A stretch of 32,000 nt of DNA. Origin: Sinorhizobium meliloti (GTDB lineage Bacteria > Pseudomonadota > Alphaproteobacteria > Rhizobiales > Rhizobiaceae). A model generated the notes under the pieces. The model saw only the letters and a program-made list of their open reading frames with translations, ran no database searches and was not told the origin of the DNA. The stretch covers positions 120,001 to 152,000 of the forward strand of contig NZ_JAGIOS010000002.1 of NCBI RefSeq assembly GCF_017876815.1, read 5' to 3'. Below are positions 9,457 through 17,984 of the stretch, in pieces. The position numbers and the translations under genes are program-made. How positions within the stretch are numbered: the first letter of the stretch is position 1; every line of letters begins with the position of its first letter.

Positions 9457-9493
9457 GCTAATATTATTAGCAGTCAAGGCTAAAGTTATTAGC
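9457..9493. promoter_or_regulatory. Two tandem AT-rich palindromic operator-like sites in the ytfQ / lacI-family divergent intergenic region
   Basis: GCTAATATTATTAGC (9457-9471) is a perfect 7+1+7 palindrome. GCTAAAGTTATTAGC (9479-9493) is an imperfect copy with GCTAA/TTAGC arms. Their centres are 22 bp apart. A TTGACT hexamer on the minus strand abuts site 1. Confidence 0.5.
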
Positions 9494-9541
9494 ACATGCA
9501 CAAATTGAATGCGGCGTTGCAGCGCCGGACAGGGGAACGAA

Positions 9542-10654
9542 ATGGCAAAGGGCAATGGGGGCGATGCGTCGCCTAAGGAAGCGGGCGGCGGCCGGCCGAC
9601 CATGACCGACGTGGCGCGCATCGCCGGTGTCTCGCAATCGAGCGTTTCCCTCGTGCTCAATGAAATGTCCGGAGCCCGCATTTCGGCCGAAACAAGGGCG
9701 CGCGTGCGCGAAGCGGCGCGCAAGATCGGGTACAGGCTGCCGAATACCCGTCAGGATCTCGCCCGCGCTCCGGCGATCGAAAAGGATACGATAGCCTTCA
9801 TCGTAGACGAGATATCGACCAGTCCGCACCCGGTGGTCAGCCTCGACGGAATTCGCGACTACGCCTTCGAACAGGGCCTGCTCGTTTCCGCTCACGCGAC
9901 CCGTTCCAACCCCGACCTGGAGAGCGCCGTGCTGCGCGCCGTATTGCGCGATCCGACAATCGCTGGAGTGATTTATGCGACGATCTTCACACGAAAGGTG
10001 AGCGTGCCGCGCGAACTGGCAAGCGTCCCCACCATCCTGCTGAACTGCTATGCCGAGCCGCGCCAGCACATGGCGATCGTACCCGGAGAGGTCGCCGGAG
10101 GCTTCGCGGCGACGGCGCATCTGACTTCCCTCGGACACCGGCGCATCGGCTTCATCAACGGCGAACCTTGGATGGATGCGGCAATCGATCGGCTCAAAGG
10201 CTACAAGCAGGCGCTGGCCACCGCCGATATCGCCTATGACGAATCGCTGGTGCGCAATGGCGACTGGCTTCCCTTGCGCGGCTACGAGGCTGCGCTCGAG
10301 CTGCTTGCCATCGACAATCCGCCGACCGCCATCTTCTGCGGCAACGACCTGATGGCGATCGGGGCGCTCGAAGCAGCTTCGGAGCGCGGGCTTCGCGTGC
10401 CGCATGACCTTTCGGTAATGGGTTACGACGACCAGGAACTCGCCCGCTACACGCATCCGCCGCTTTCGACGCTGGTGCTGCCGAACTACGAAATGGGCCA
10501 GAAGGCGGCGGAAATGCTGATCGACATGGCGATACACGGAAAGAACCCGCGCCCGATGACGATCAAGGTGGATGGCCCTCTGGTAGAACGGGGAACGACG
10601 GCAGCCATCCCCGAGAGGATGGCTGGACGTGCTCTTGCGTTGCGCGAGGGGTGA
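9542..10654 (+). CDS. LacI-family transcriptional regulator
   Basis: HTH MTDVARIAGVSQSSVSLVLN followed by a periplasmic-binding-protein-like effector domain. The start is uncertain: ATG 9542 has a weak GGGGA SD, and ATG 9602 would begin directly at the HTH. Confidence 0.85.
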   Translation: MAKGNGGDASPKEAGGGRPTMTDVARIAGVSQSSVSLVLNEMSGARISAETRARVREAARKIGYRLPNTRQDLARAPAIEKDTIAFIVDEISTSPHPVVSLDGIRDYAFEQGLLVSAHATRSNPDLESAVLRAVLRDPTIAGVIYATIFTRKVSVPRELASVPTILLNCYAEPRQHMAIVPGEVAGGFAATAHLTSLGHRRIGFINGEPWMDAAIDRLKGYKQALATADIAYDESLVRNGDWLPLRGYEAALELLAIDNPPTAIFCGNDLMAIGALEAASERGLRVPHDLSVMGYDDQELARYTHPPLSTLVLPNYEMGQKAAEMLIDMAIHGKNPRPMTIKVDGPLVERGTTAAIPERMAGRALALREG

Positions 10655-10671
10655 GGCGGCGTCGAAGTGGG

Positions 10672-10718
10672 TTGAGGCTACGCACTTTCGGACGGAAAGC
10701 CGCTAAACGCTTTTCCTG
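10672..10718 (-). repeat. Copy A of a ~46-nt interspersed intergenic repeat (minus orientation)
   Basis: The reverse complement, CAGGAAAAGCGTTTAGCGGCTTTCCGTCCGAAAGTGCGTAGCCTCAA, aligns with 12715-12760. By eye, about four fifths of positions match, with one 1-nt indel. Confidence 0.65.
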
Positions 10719-10726
10719 GAAGTGGT

Positions 10727-11065
10727 CTATTTCAGGAAATCGGCGCGGTGCGGCGTGAAGCTGTCGATCAGCCGGCCGGCCTCCAGCGCCTTTACGCCAT
10801 GGACCACGCCCGATGGAGCAATGAAACTGTCGCCGGTGGAAAGAACCTGCGTGCGCTCGCCGACGGTGACTTCGAACTTGCCCTCTGCGATATAGCTCCC
10901 CTGCACATGAGGGTGTGAGTGGAGTGCGCCGATTCCGCCTTTCTCGAAGGCGAATTCGACCAGCATCAACTCGTCGGTATGCAGGATCACCCGACGCCGA
11001 TTGCCCTGTCCAAGGTCTACCCATTCGCCTTCATCGCCACGGGCAAAAAGTTTCGTATCCATCAT
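10727..11065 (-). CDS. kdgF: Cupin-domain protein KdgF (unsaturated uronate linearisation)
   Basis: 112 aa. Cupin motifs GALHSHPH and GDSF..P.GV.HG, and a C-terminal FTP.R.DFL as in enterobacterial KdgF. It lies 9 nt downstream of kduD. Confidence 0.8.
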   Translation of the reverse strand: MMDTKLFARGDEGEWVDLGQGNRRRVILHTDELMLVEFAFEKGGIGALHSHPHVQGSYIAEGKFEVTVGERTQVLSTGDSFIAPSGVVHGVKALEAGRLIDSFTPHRADFLK

Positions 11066-11074
11066 CTTCTTCTC

Positions 11075-11839
11075 CTATCTGGCGAGCCAGCCGCCGTCGA
11101 CCGGAACGACGGCGCCATGCATGTAGTCGGAGGCCGGTGCGAGCAGGAAGACCGCCGCATCGCCGATGTCGTCCGGCGTGCCCCAGCGCCCGGCGGGGAT
11201 ACGTTCCAGAATGGAGGCGCTGCGTTTTTCGTCGGCGCGCAGTGCTTCCGTGTTGTTGGTGACGACGTAGCCGGGGGCCACAGCATTCACATTGATGCCC
11301 TTGGCAGCCCATTCGCATGCCAGCAATCGGGTGATGCCGAGAGCTCCGTGTTTGGATGCGGTATAGGAAGCGACGCGGATGCCGCCCTGAAATGACAGCA
11401 GCGAAGCGATGTTGACGATCTTGCCGCGGCTTTCCTCGGCAATGATCCGGCGCCCGAAAGCCTGACTGAGGAAGAACAGCGAACGCAGATTGACGTCGAG
11501 GACATCATCCCAGTCGGCTTCGGTGAAATCCACCGCGTCGGCGCGACGGATGATTCCCGCATTGTTGACCAGGCCCTGCAGCGGGCCATGCGCGTTCCAC
11601 AACCCGTCGATGAGGGAACGTGTGGCTTCGCGATCGGCAAGATCGGCATGGGCCGGGATGAAAGTTCCGCCGGCGTCGGTGACCTTCTTTTCGGTCTCGT
11701 CCATGGCGGAACGGCCTACACCGATGACCGTGCCGCCCGCCCTGGCGATCGACACCGCGATACCCTGTCCGATCCCTGTATTGGCACCGGTGACGACGAC
11801 ACGGCGGCCCGCAAGGCTGAAGCGCGACGGTACGCTCAT
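11075..11839 (-). CDS. kduD: 2-dehydro-3-deoxy-D-gluconate 5-dehydrogenase (short-chain dehydrogenase/reductase)
   Basis: TGANTGIGQG cofactor motif and YTASKHG (YxxxK). Its start overlaps the kduI stop by 4 nt (11836-11839). Confidence 0.8.
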   Translation of the reverse strand: MSVPSRFSLAGRRVVVTGANTGIGQGIAVSIARAGGTVIGVGRSAMDETEKKVTDAGGTFIPAHADLADREATRSLIDGLWNAHGPLQGLVNNAGIIRRADAVDFTEADWDDVLDVNLRSLFFLSQAFGRRIIAEESRGKIVNIASLLSFQGGIRVASYTASKHGALGITRLLACEWAAKGINVNAVAPGYVVTNNTEALRADEKRSASILERIPAGRWGTPDDIGDAAVFLLAPASDYMHGAVVPVDGGWLAR

Positions 11840-12684
11840 CGCAGCGTCTCCATCGGCACCATCTCCACATCGGTATAGTCGATATTGTCGCCGGCCATCG
11901 CCCAGATGAAAGCGTAGTTTGCGGTTCCGCAGCCCGAATGGATCGACCAGGGCGGAGAAAGCACGGCCTCCTCCCTGGCCATTACGATGTGCCGGGTTTC
12001 GCTCGGTTCGCCCATGAGGTGCAGGACGCGGGCGCTGTCATCGAGGTCGAAATAGAGATAGGCCTCCATTCGCCGGTCGTGCACGTGGCACGGCATGGTG
12101 TTCCAAACCGACCCCGGGGCAAGCTGAGTCATGCCGACGACCAACTGGCAGGTCTTCACGCCTTCGGGGTGGATGAACTGGAAGATCGAACGTTCGTTCG
12201 ATGTGGCCGCACTGCCGAGGTCGAGCCGTTTGGCGTCCCCGATGCGGATATGGCGCCTTGGCAGCGCCTGGTGAGCAGGCGCACTGAGCAGGTAGAATTT
12301 GGCGGGCACGGCCGGGTCCTCGGACGAGAAGGTGACGTCCTCGCCCATGCCGGCATAGGCCATGTCGCGCGGCTCGAGGCGGAAGCTTTCGCCATTCATC
12401 TCGATACGGCCGGGGCCGCCGATGTTGACGGCGATGAGCTCGCGCCGCTCGAGAAAGCGCGCCGTACCCGTCGGACGGATGGTCTCGAGAGCCAAGGGCT
12501 TGTCGACCGGCATCGCACCGCCGACGATCATGCGGTCGTAGTGGCTATAGGTGAGCGAGATCCGCCCCTGCCGGAACAGATCGCCAATGTGAAAATTCGC
12601 ACGCAAGGCATCGGTGTCCATGCGGGCTGCTGCTGCCGGGTCGACGGCGAAACGAATGGTGTAGTCGATATGGCTTGCGGTCAT
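11836..12684 (-). CDS. kduI: 5-dehydro-4-deoxy-D-glucuronate isomerase
   Basis: 282 aa. Resembles E. coli KduI along its length by eye (YSHYDRMIVGG, FLERREL..INIGG, WNTMPCH.H.RRME.Y.YF, ETRHIVM...AV.SP.WSIHSG.GT..Y.FIW.M.G). Confidence 0.9.
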   Translation of the reverse strand: MTASHIDYTIRFAVDPAAAARMDTDALRANFHIGDLFRQGRISLTYSHYDRMIVGGAMPVDKPLALETIRPTGTARFLERRELIAVNIGGPGRIEMNGESFRLEPRDMAYAGMGEDVTFSSEDPAVPAKFYLLSAPAHQALPRRHIRIGDAKRLDLGSAATSNERSIFQFIHPEGVKTCQLVVGMTQLAPGSVWNTMPCHVHDRRMEAYLYFDLDDSARVLHLMGEPSETRHIVMAREEAVLSPPWSIHSGCGTANYAFIWAMAGDNIDYTDVEMVPMETLR

Positions 12685-12714
12685 CGGCTCACGGTCCTTG
12701 GATTAGGGCACTTA

Positions 12715-12760
12715 CAGGAAAAGTGTGTAACGGTTTCCGTCCAGGAGTGCGTAGTTTCAA
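12715..12760 (+). repeat. Copy B of the ~46-nt interspersed intergenic repeat (plus orientation)
   Basis: CAGGAAAAGTGTGTAACGGTTTCCGTCCAGGAGTGCGTAGTTTCAA. It is inverted relative to copy A. The GGAAAAGTGTG..CGGTTT(T)CCG core recurs at 22588-22613. Confidence 0.65.
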
Positions 12761-12766
12761 GTGTTG

Positions 12767-12776
12767 GAACGTTCCG
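12767..12776. promoter_or_regulatory. CG-centred palindrome GGAACGTTCC upstream of kduI (candidate LacI-type operator)
   Basis: Perfect 10-bp palindrome within TTGGAACGTTCCG, about 85 nt upstream of the kduI ATG. The CG centre is typical of LacI-family operators. Confidence 0.3.
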
Positions 12777-12816
12777 CTGCTTCGATAGGCAGCGAAAACG
12801 CTCTAGGGGTGGGCAA

Positions 12817-13566
12817 TCAGACGCTGCGCTTGGCGGCGCCCCAGGCAGCCTGCTGTCCGCTCAGCCGGACACGGTAGCGTTCCTGGCTCGCGGCCAGATG
12901 GGCGCGCATGGCGGCGCGCGCCGCTTCCGGATCGCTTTCGGAAATCGCCTTCAGGATCGCCAGATGCTCGCGCTGGAGGCTTTCCTGATATTCCCGAGAA
13001 AGCACGCTTTCGGTGCCCCAGGGTGAGGCCACGTCGCAAGGGATAGCCCGCAGGCCCAGTGCATCGAGAACCTCGACGTAATAGGGATTGTTGGTCGCAG
13101 CCGCGATCGCCCGGTGGAAGGCAAAGTCGCTCTTTCCGGTTGCCTCGCCGCGCTCGAGCAGGCGATCGAATTCGAAGAAGGCCTCCTGGATCTGGGCCTC
13201 CTGGGCGCTATTGCGCCGAAGCGCAGCAAGACCCGCGCTCTCGATCTCGAGCCCCATGCGCACCTCGATGACGTTGAGCGCATGGGAGATCTTGTTGCCG
13301 ACGTCGAGGCTGATCGAGCCGAAGGCAAGCGTCGGGTGGTCCATGACGAAGACGCCGGCACCCTGCCGCGGCTCCACGAGGCCGTCCGCGGCAAGGGTTG
13401 CAATCGCCTCGCGCACCACGGTGCGGCTGACGCCGAAGAACTCGCTCATCCGGCTCTCCGTCGGCAGCTTCTGGCCGGGTTGTATTTCGCCCTTCAGAAC
13501 CTGCTCCCTGATTGCGTTCGCGACGCGCTCGGAAAGCTTCGGTTTGCGTTCGGTCAGAAGATCCAT
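12817..13566 (-). CDS. GntR/FadR-family transcriptional regulator (FCD domain)
   Basis: The ORF track gives 12817..13668. I trimmed it to ATG 13566 (MDLLTERKPKLSERVANAIRE...). Winged HTH ESRMSEFFGVSRTVVREAI plus an all-helical C-terminal domain. It starts 8 nt after the dctM stop. Confidence 0.85.
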   Translation of the reverse strand: MDLLTERKPKLSERVANAIREQVLKGEIQPGQKLPTESRMSEFFGVSRTVVREAIATLAADGLVEPRQGAGVFVMDHPTLAFGSISLDVGNKISHALNVIEVRMGLEIESAGLAALRRNSAQEAQIQEAFFEFDRLLERGEATGKSDFAFHRAIAAATNNPYYVEVLDALGLRAIPCDVASPWGTESVLSREYQESLQREHLAILKAISESDPEAARAAMRAHLAASQERYRVRLSGQQAAWGAAKRSV

Positions 13567-13574
13567 GCGGTGTG

Positions 13575-14858
13575 TCACCCTTTGAAGACGGCCGGCAGCC
13601 ATAGAGAAAGGGCCGGAACATAGGTGACGAGCCCGAGGACGATCAACCCGGCCAGGTAGAACGGCCATATGCTGCGCATCGCCTCCCAGACGGAGATCTT
13701 CCCGACTGCACAGGCGACGAACTGCACGGCGCCCACAGGCGGCGTGTTGAGTCCGATGCCGAAGTTTAGGATCATGATGACGCCGAAATGGACCGGGTCG
13801 ACGCCGTAGGCCATGGCGACCGGCAGGAAGATCGGGGTGCAGATGATGATGGTCGGGCCCATGTCCATGAAGGTGCCGAGGAACAACATCAGAACGTTGA
13901 GCAATAGGAGTATGATGATCGGATTTTCCGAGATCGTGTTCATCCAGTCGATCAGCGCTGCGGGCACTCTCAGGAACGCCATCAACCAGGAGAAGGCGGC
14001 CGCCATGCCGATGATGAGCAGGACCATGGCCGTCGTGCGCACGGCCGCGAAGGTTGCCTGGACGAAGTCCTGCCAGGTCATCTGCCGATAGACGAAGACG
14101 GTCACCGCAAGCGCATAGAGAACGGCGATGCAGGAACTCTCGGTCGCGGTGAACACACCCGAACGTACGCCCCCGAAGATGATTCCGATGAGCAGGAGGC
14201 CGGGCGTCGAAATCAGCAGGTAGCGCCCGACCCTGGCGAACCCGGGGAAGACCTCGGTCGGATAGCCGCGCCGGCGCGCAACGAAATAGGCGGTGGCCAT
14301 CAGTGCGGCAGCGTAAAGGAGGCCGGGAAGGATGCCGGCGGTGAAGAGATCTGCGATCGAGATCTTTCCGCCTGCCGAGATCGAGTAGATGATCATGTTG
14401 TGCGAAGGCGGCAGCATCAGCGCGATCAAGGCCGCCATCGAGGTAACGTTGACGGCGTAGTCCGCGCCGTAACCGCGCTGTTTCATCTGCGGGATCATGA
14501 GCCCGCCTACAGCGGCCGCTTCCGCCACGGCCGAGCCGGAAATGCCGCCGAACAGCGTTGCGGTGACGATGTTGACCTGACCGAGCCCGCCCCGGATGTG
14601 CCCGACCAGTGAAGCCGCGAAGGCGACGATCTTCTGGGCGATCCCGCCACGCACCATCAGATCGCCGGCATAGATGAAGAAGGGAATGGCAAGCAGCGAA
14701 AACACGCTCATGCCGGAATTGAGCCGCTGAAAGATCACCAGCGGCGGCAGCCCCAGATAAAGAACCGTCGCGAAGGACGCGACGCCGAGGCAGAAGGCGA
14801 TCGGCGTGCCGATCAACATCAGCAGCGTGAACACGCCGAAGAGGATCATCATGTCCAT
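13575..14858 (-). CDS. dctM: TRAP transporter large permease subunit
   Basis: 427-aa polytopic ORF of the DctM type. It starts 4 nt after the dctQ stop. Confidence 0.9.
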   Translation of the reverse strand: MDMMILFGVFTLLMLIGTPIAFCLGVASFATVLYLGLPPLVIFQRLNSGMSVFSLLAIPFFIYAGDLMVRGGIAQKIVAFAASLVGHIRGGLGQVNIVTATLFGGISGSAVAEAAAVGGLMIPQMKQRGYGADYAVNVTSMAALIALMLPPSHNMIIYSISAGGKISIADLFTAGILPGLLYAAALMATAYFVARRRGYPTEVFPGFARVGRYLLISTPGLLLIGIIFGGVRSGVFTATESSCIAVLYALAVTVFVYRQMTWQDFVQATFAAVRTTAMVLLIIGMAAAFSWLMAFLRVPAALIDWMNTISENPIIILLLLNVLMLFLGTFMDMGPTIIICTPIFLPVAMAYGVDPVHFGVIMILNFGIGLNTPPVGAVQFVACAVGKISVWEAMRSIWPFYLAGLIVLGLVTYVPALSLWLPAVFKG

Positions 14859-14862
14859 CGCG

Positions 14863-15423
14863 TCAGGCCCTTATTTCAGCAGTTTCGAGTTCGGCAGCAA
14901 CCTCCGCCGGCGGCATTTCGTCGAGAAGGTCGTCGATCGGTTCCCCGGCAAGGCGGAGGACGATGCGCTCCAGCGCGAACAGGCAAATGAGGACGCCGCC
15001 CGCGACGAGCGGCACGTAGCTCCAGCCGCCGGAAATCTGCAGCGAAGGCAGGATGGTGTTCCAGGTTAGAGCGACGAGCTGCCCGCCATACCAGATCATG
15101 CCGATGCCGAAGGCGAGCGCGACGATATCGGAGATCATGCGCAGCCAGATCTTGCCGCCCTTCGGCACCACATAGAGCAGCACGTCGAAGCCGAGATGAT
15201 AGTTTTCGCGCACGCCGACGGCGGCACCGAGAAAGATGAACCAGCTCATCAGCATGACGGCGCCGGGTTCGGTCCAGCTCGGCGAGTCGTTCAACACGTA
15301 GCGGCAGAACACCTGCCACGCTACGATGAGCGTCATCGCGACGAGGCCCACACCCGCCATCCAGAGCGAGAGAGTTCCCAGCCAGGAGAGGCCCCGGCCC
15401 AATTTTGCCAATCCGTTAGACAA
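14863..15423 (-). CDS. dctQ: TRAP transporter small permease subunit
   Basis: 186 aa with four predicted TM helices, positioned between dctP and dctM. Confidence 0.8.
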   Translation of the reverse strand: MSNGLAKLGRGLSWLGTLSLWMAGVGLVAMTLIVAWQVFCRYVLNDSPSWTEPGAVMLMSWFIFLGAAVGVRENYHLGFDVLLYVVPKGGKIWLRMISDIVALAFGIGMIWYGGQLVALTWNTILPSLQISGGWSYVPLVAGGVLICLFALERIVLRLAGEPIDDLLDEMPPAEVAAELETAEIRA

Positions 15424-15444
15424 GGTTTCATTCCTATCGAAAGG

Positions 15445-15507
15445 GACGGGCAGGCTGCTGCAGCGGCCTGTGCGCTAAGGCGCATGGCCACAGCGGGCCT
15501 GCCCGTC
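15445..15507 (-). promoter_or_regulatory. Long intercistronic hairpin 3' of dctP
   Basis: 11-bp perfect outer arms, GACGGGCAGGC (15445-15455) and GCCTGCCCGTC (15497-15507). There is inner pairing (TGCGC-TAAG-GCGCA). It lies between the dctP stop (15515) and the dctQ start (15423). Confidence 0.5.
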
Positions 15508-15514
15508 TGACTCG

Positions 15515-16492
15515 TCACTGTACTGCGCGTACGTCCTCGACCATCTTCTTCAGGACCTCATCGGTGACGTGCTTCTCGTAGACCGGCTTCATCGCATCGA
15601 TGAAACCCTGCTTTTCGGGCGTGGTGATCTTCGCGCCGGCCGCTTCGACCTTCGCACGCGACTCCTTCACCTTGGCGGCCCAGAGCTCACGCTGCTTGGC
15701 AACACTGTCCTTCGCAGCCTGTTTGAAGATCTCCTGGTCTTCCGGCGTGAGCTTGTCGAAGGCGGCCTTGTTCATGACGAATACCTCCGGAAGGATGGTG
15801 TGTTCGTCGAGCGAATAGTTCTTGGCTACTTCGAAATGCTTGGCGGTGTCGTAGCTTGGAAAATTGTTTTCCGCGCCGTCGATGACGCCCGTTTCGATTC
15901 CCGAATAGACTTCGCCGTAGGGCATCGGGGTAGCGTTCGCCCCGAGTGCTGCCACCATGTCGACGAAGATGTCCGACTGGATGACGCGGAACTTCAGGCC
16001 CTTCATGTCCTCAACCGTATTGATCGGCTTCTGCTTGTTGTAGAAGGAACGCGCGCCCGCGTCATAGAAGGCAAGCACCACCACTCCGGCGCCTTCGAAG
16101 GCCTTCTTGATCTGGTCGCCAATCGCGCCGTCCATCACCTTGTGCATGTGCTCTTCCGAACGGAAGAGGTAGGGCAACGCCGGAACGATCGATTCCTTCA
16201 CCGTTCCGTTGAAGGGCGCCATCGATACGCGGTTCAGTTCGATAACACCGGAGCGCACCTGCTCGATCGTGTCCTTTTCCTCTCCGAGCTGCGCGGAGTG
16301 ATAGACCTCGACGGAGTAGCGGCCGGCCGTGCGCTCCTTGACCAGTTCGCCGAAATACTTGACCCCTTCGACCGTCGGATAGCCGTCCGGATGCGTGTCG
16401 GACGAGCGCAGCACCGTCTGAGCATTGGCTGCATTGCCCATGAATGACGCGGCGACCAATAGACCCGCCGCCAGTTTGACCAGGATTTTCAT
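15515..16492 (-). CDS. dctP: TRAP transporter solute-binding protein (probable uronate-binding DctP family)
   Basis: 325 aa with signal peptide MKILVKLAAGLLVAASFMGNAANA and a DctP-family profile. SD GGGAGGAAAAGC. It lies 30 nt downstream of uxaC. The substrate is inferred only from context. Confidence 0.85.
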   Translation of the reverse strand: MKILVKLAAGLLVAASFMGNAANAQTVLRSSDTHPDGYPTVEGVKYFGELVKERTAGRYSVEVYHSAQLGEEKDTIEQVRSGVIELNRVSMAPFNGTVKESIVPALPYLFRSEEHMHKVMDGAIGDQIKKAFEGAGVVVLAFYDAGARSFYNKQKPINTVEDMKGLKFRVIQSDIFVDMVAALGANATPMPYGEVYSGIETGVIDGAENNFPSYDTAKHFEVAKNYSLDEHTILPEVFVMNKAAFDKLTPEDQEIFKQAAKDSVAKQRELWAAKVKESRAKVEAAGAKITTPEKQGFIDAMKPVYEKHVTDEVLKKMVEDVRAVQ

Positions 16493-16522
16493 GCTTTTCC
16501 TCCCGTTGCATGATGTGAATTC

Positions 16523-17932
16523 TCAGAGCCGGTACGCCTCCTTCGCGAGACCATAGGCAAGGTCCCGCGCAAGCTCGTACGCCTCATCCTCCCGCAGGCG
16601 ATGTTCCGCGACCAGACGCGCGAGAAATGCGCAGTCGACCCGGCGCGCGATGTCGTGGCGCGCGGGAATGGACGGAAACGCCCTTGTGTCGTCGTTGAAA
16701 CCGACGGTGTTGTAGAAGCCCGCCGTCTCGGTGGTCATCTCACGGAAGCGTCGCATACCCTCCGCACTGTCGTGGAACCACCATGCGGGTCCGAGCTTCA
16801 GCGCCGGATAGACCCCGGCAAGCGGCGCAAGCTCGCGCGCATAGCTCGTCTCGTCCAGCGTGAAGAGAATGACAGTCAGATCGCGCTCGAGCCCGACCGC
16901 GTCGAGCAACGGTTTGAGCGCGGTCACATAGTCCGTGCGGGTCGGAATATCGAAGCCCTTGTCGCGGCCGAACTTTGCCAGAATCGCGGGCGAGTGGTTG
17001 CGGAACGAGCCCGGATGAATCTGCATTACGAGCCCATCGTCCAGACTCATCTTCGCCATCTCGGTCAGCATCTGCGCCCGGAACAGGCGCCGCTCGTCGG
17101 CATTCGCCTTGCCCAGCCGCACCTTGTCGAAGAGTGCCGCGGCCTCGGCTTGCGGAAGGTTGGCCGTGTCTGCGGTCGCATGGCCGTGATCCGTCGAGGT
17201 CGCGCCGAAATCCTTGAAATAGGCGCGGCGTGTGCGGTGGGCGTCCAGATAGCCCGACCACGTTCCGGTGTCGGCGCCGGTGATATCGCCGAGCTTATCG
17301 AGATTGGTCGGGAAACCCTGGAAATCCGGATCGACCACCGCGTCGGGACGGTAGGCGGGGACGACCCGTCCTTTCCAGCCGCTTTCCAGGATCTTCGCGT
17401 GCCATCCCAGATCGTCCAGGGCGCTGTCGGTCGTGGAGATCACCTCGATATTGAACCGCTCGTAGAGCGCGCGCGGGCGATAATCCGGGCGCGTCAGGCA
17501 TTCGGCGACGTGGTCGTAAAGTCGGTCCGAACTGGCTGCGGAGGGCAGTTCGTCGATGCCGAACAGCTCGGACAGCGTATAGTCGAACCAAAGCCGCGTC
17601 GGCGTGCCGCGAAAGAGATGGTAGTTCTCGCAGAAACGCCGCCAGATCGCGCGGCCATCCGTCTCGACCGGCGAACCGTCGAGCGCCGGAACGCCGAGCT
17701 CTTCCAGCCTGATGCCCTGGCTGAACAGCATGCGGAACACATAATGGTCGGGCACGATGAGAAGTTGGGCGGGGTCTGGGAAAGCTTCGTCCAGCGCATA
17801 CCAGCGCGGCTCCGTATGCCCATGCGGGCTGACGATCGGCAGACCGCTTACTTCGGCATATAGCCTCCGCGCCAGCGCACGCGTGCGCTCTTCGGCCGGA
17901 AACAACAGATCTGGATCGATCAGTCCCCTCAT
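16523..17932 (-). CDS. uxaC: Glucuronate (uronate) isomerase
   Basis: 469 aa. N-terminal block LP.VSPHGHT, PDHY..RML, and full-length UxaC-like organisation. Confidence 0.9.
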   Translation of the reverse strand: MRGLIDPDLLFPAEERTRALARRLYAEVSGLPIVSPHGHTEPRWYALDEAFPDPAQLLIVPDHYVFRMLFSQGIRLEELGVPALDGSPVETDGRAIWRRFCENYHLFRGTPTRLWFDYTLSELFGIDELPSAASSDRLYDHVAECLTRPDYRPRALYERFNIEVISTTDSALDDLGWHAKILESGWKGRVVPAYRPDAVVDPDFQGFPTNLDKLGDITGADTGTWSGYLDAHRTRRAYFKDFGATSTDHGHATADTANLPQAEAAALFDKVRLGKANADERRLFRAQMLTEMAKMSLDDGLVMQIHPGSFRNHSPAILAKFGRDKGFDIPTRTDYVTALKPLLDAVGLERDLTVILFTLDETSYARELAPLAGVYPALKLGPAWWFHDSAEGMRRFREMTTETAGFYNTVGFNDDTRAFPSIPARHDIARRVDCAFLARLVAEHRLREDEAYELARDLAYGLAKEAYRL

Positions 17933-17984
17933 TACTCTCCCGCTCCTCCAACAGGTACTCTATGGCTACGGCTTGTAAAATATA

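Noticed and set aside
9379-9723. N-terminal extension of the binding-protein ORF (track start 9723).
   Set aside because: The extension crosses the divergent regulator gene and the operator region. The signal peptide and a strong SD sit at ATG 9378.
9467-10537. 356-aa ORF antisense to the LacI-family gene.
   Set aside because: It is a shadow ORF opposite a gene with a clear HTH and sugar-binding domain.
11938-13026. 362-aa ORF antisense to kduI and the GntR-family gene.
   Set aside because: It spans an intergenic region and two well-supported minus-strand genes, with no domain signatures.
15569-17863. Plus-strand ORFs of 292 aa and 420 aa antisense to dctP and uxaC.
   Set aside because: They are shadow ORFs of strongly supported genes and are Arg/Val/Glu-rich.
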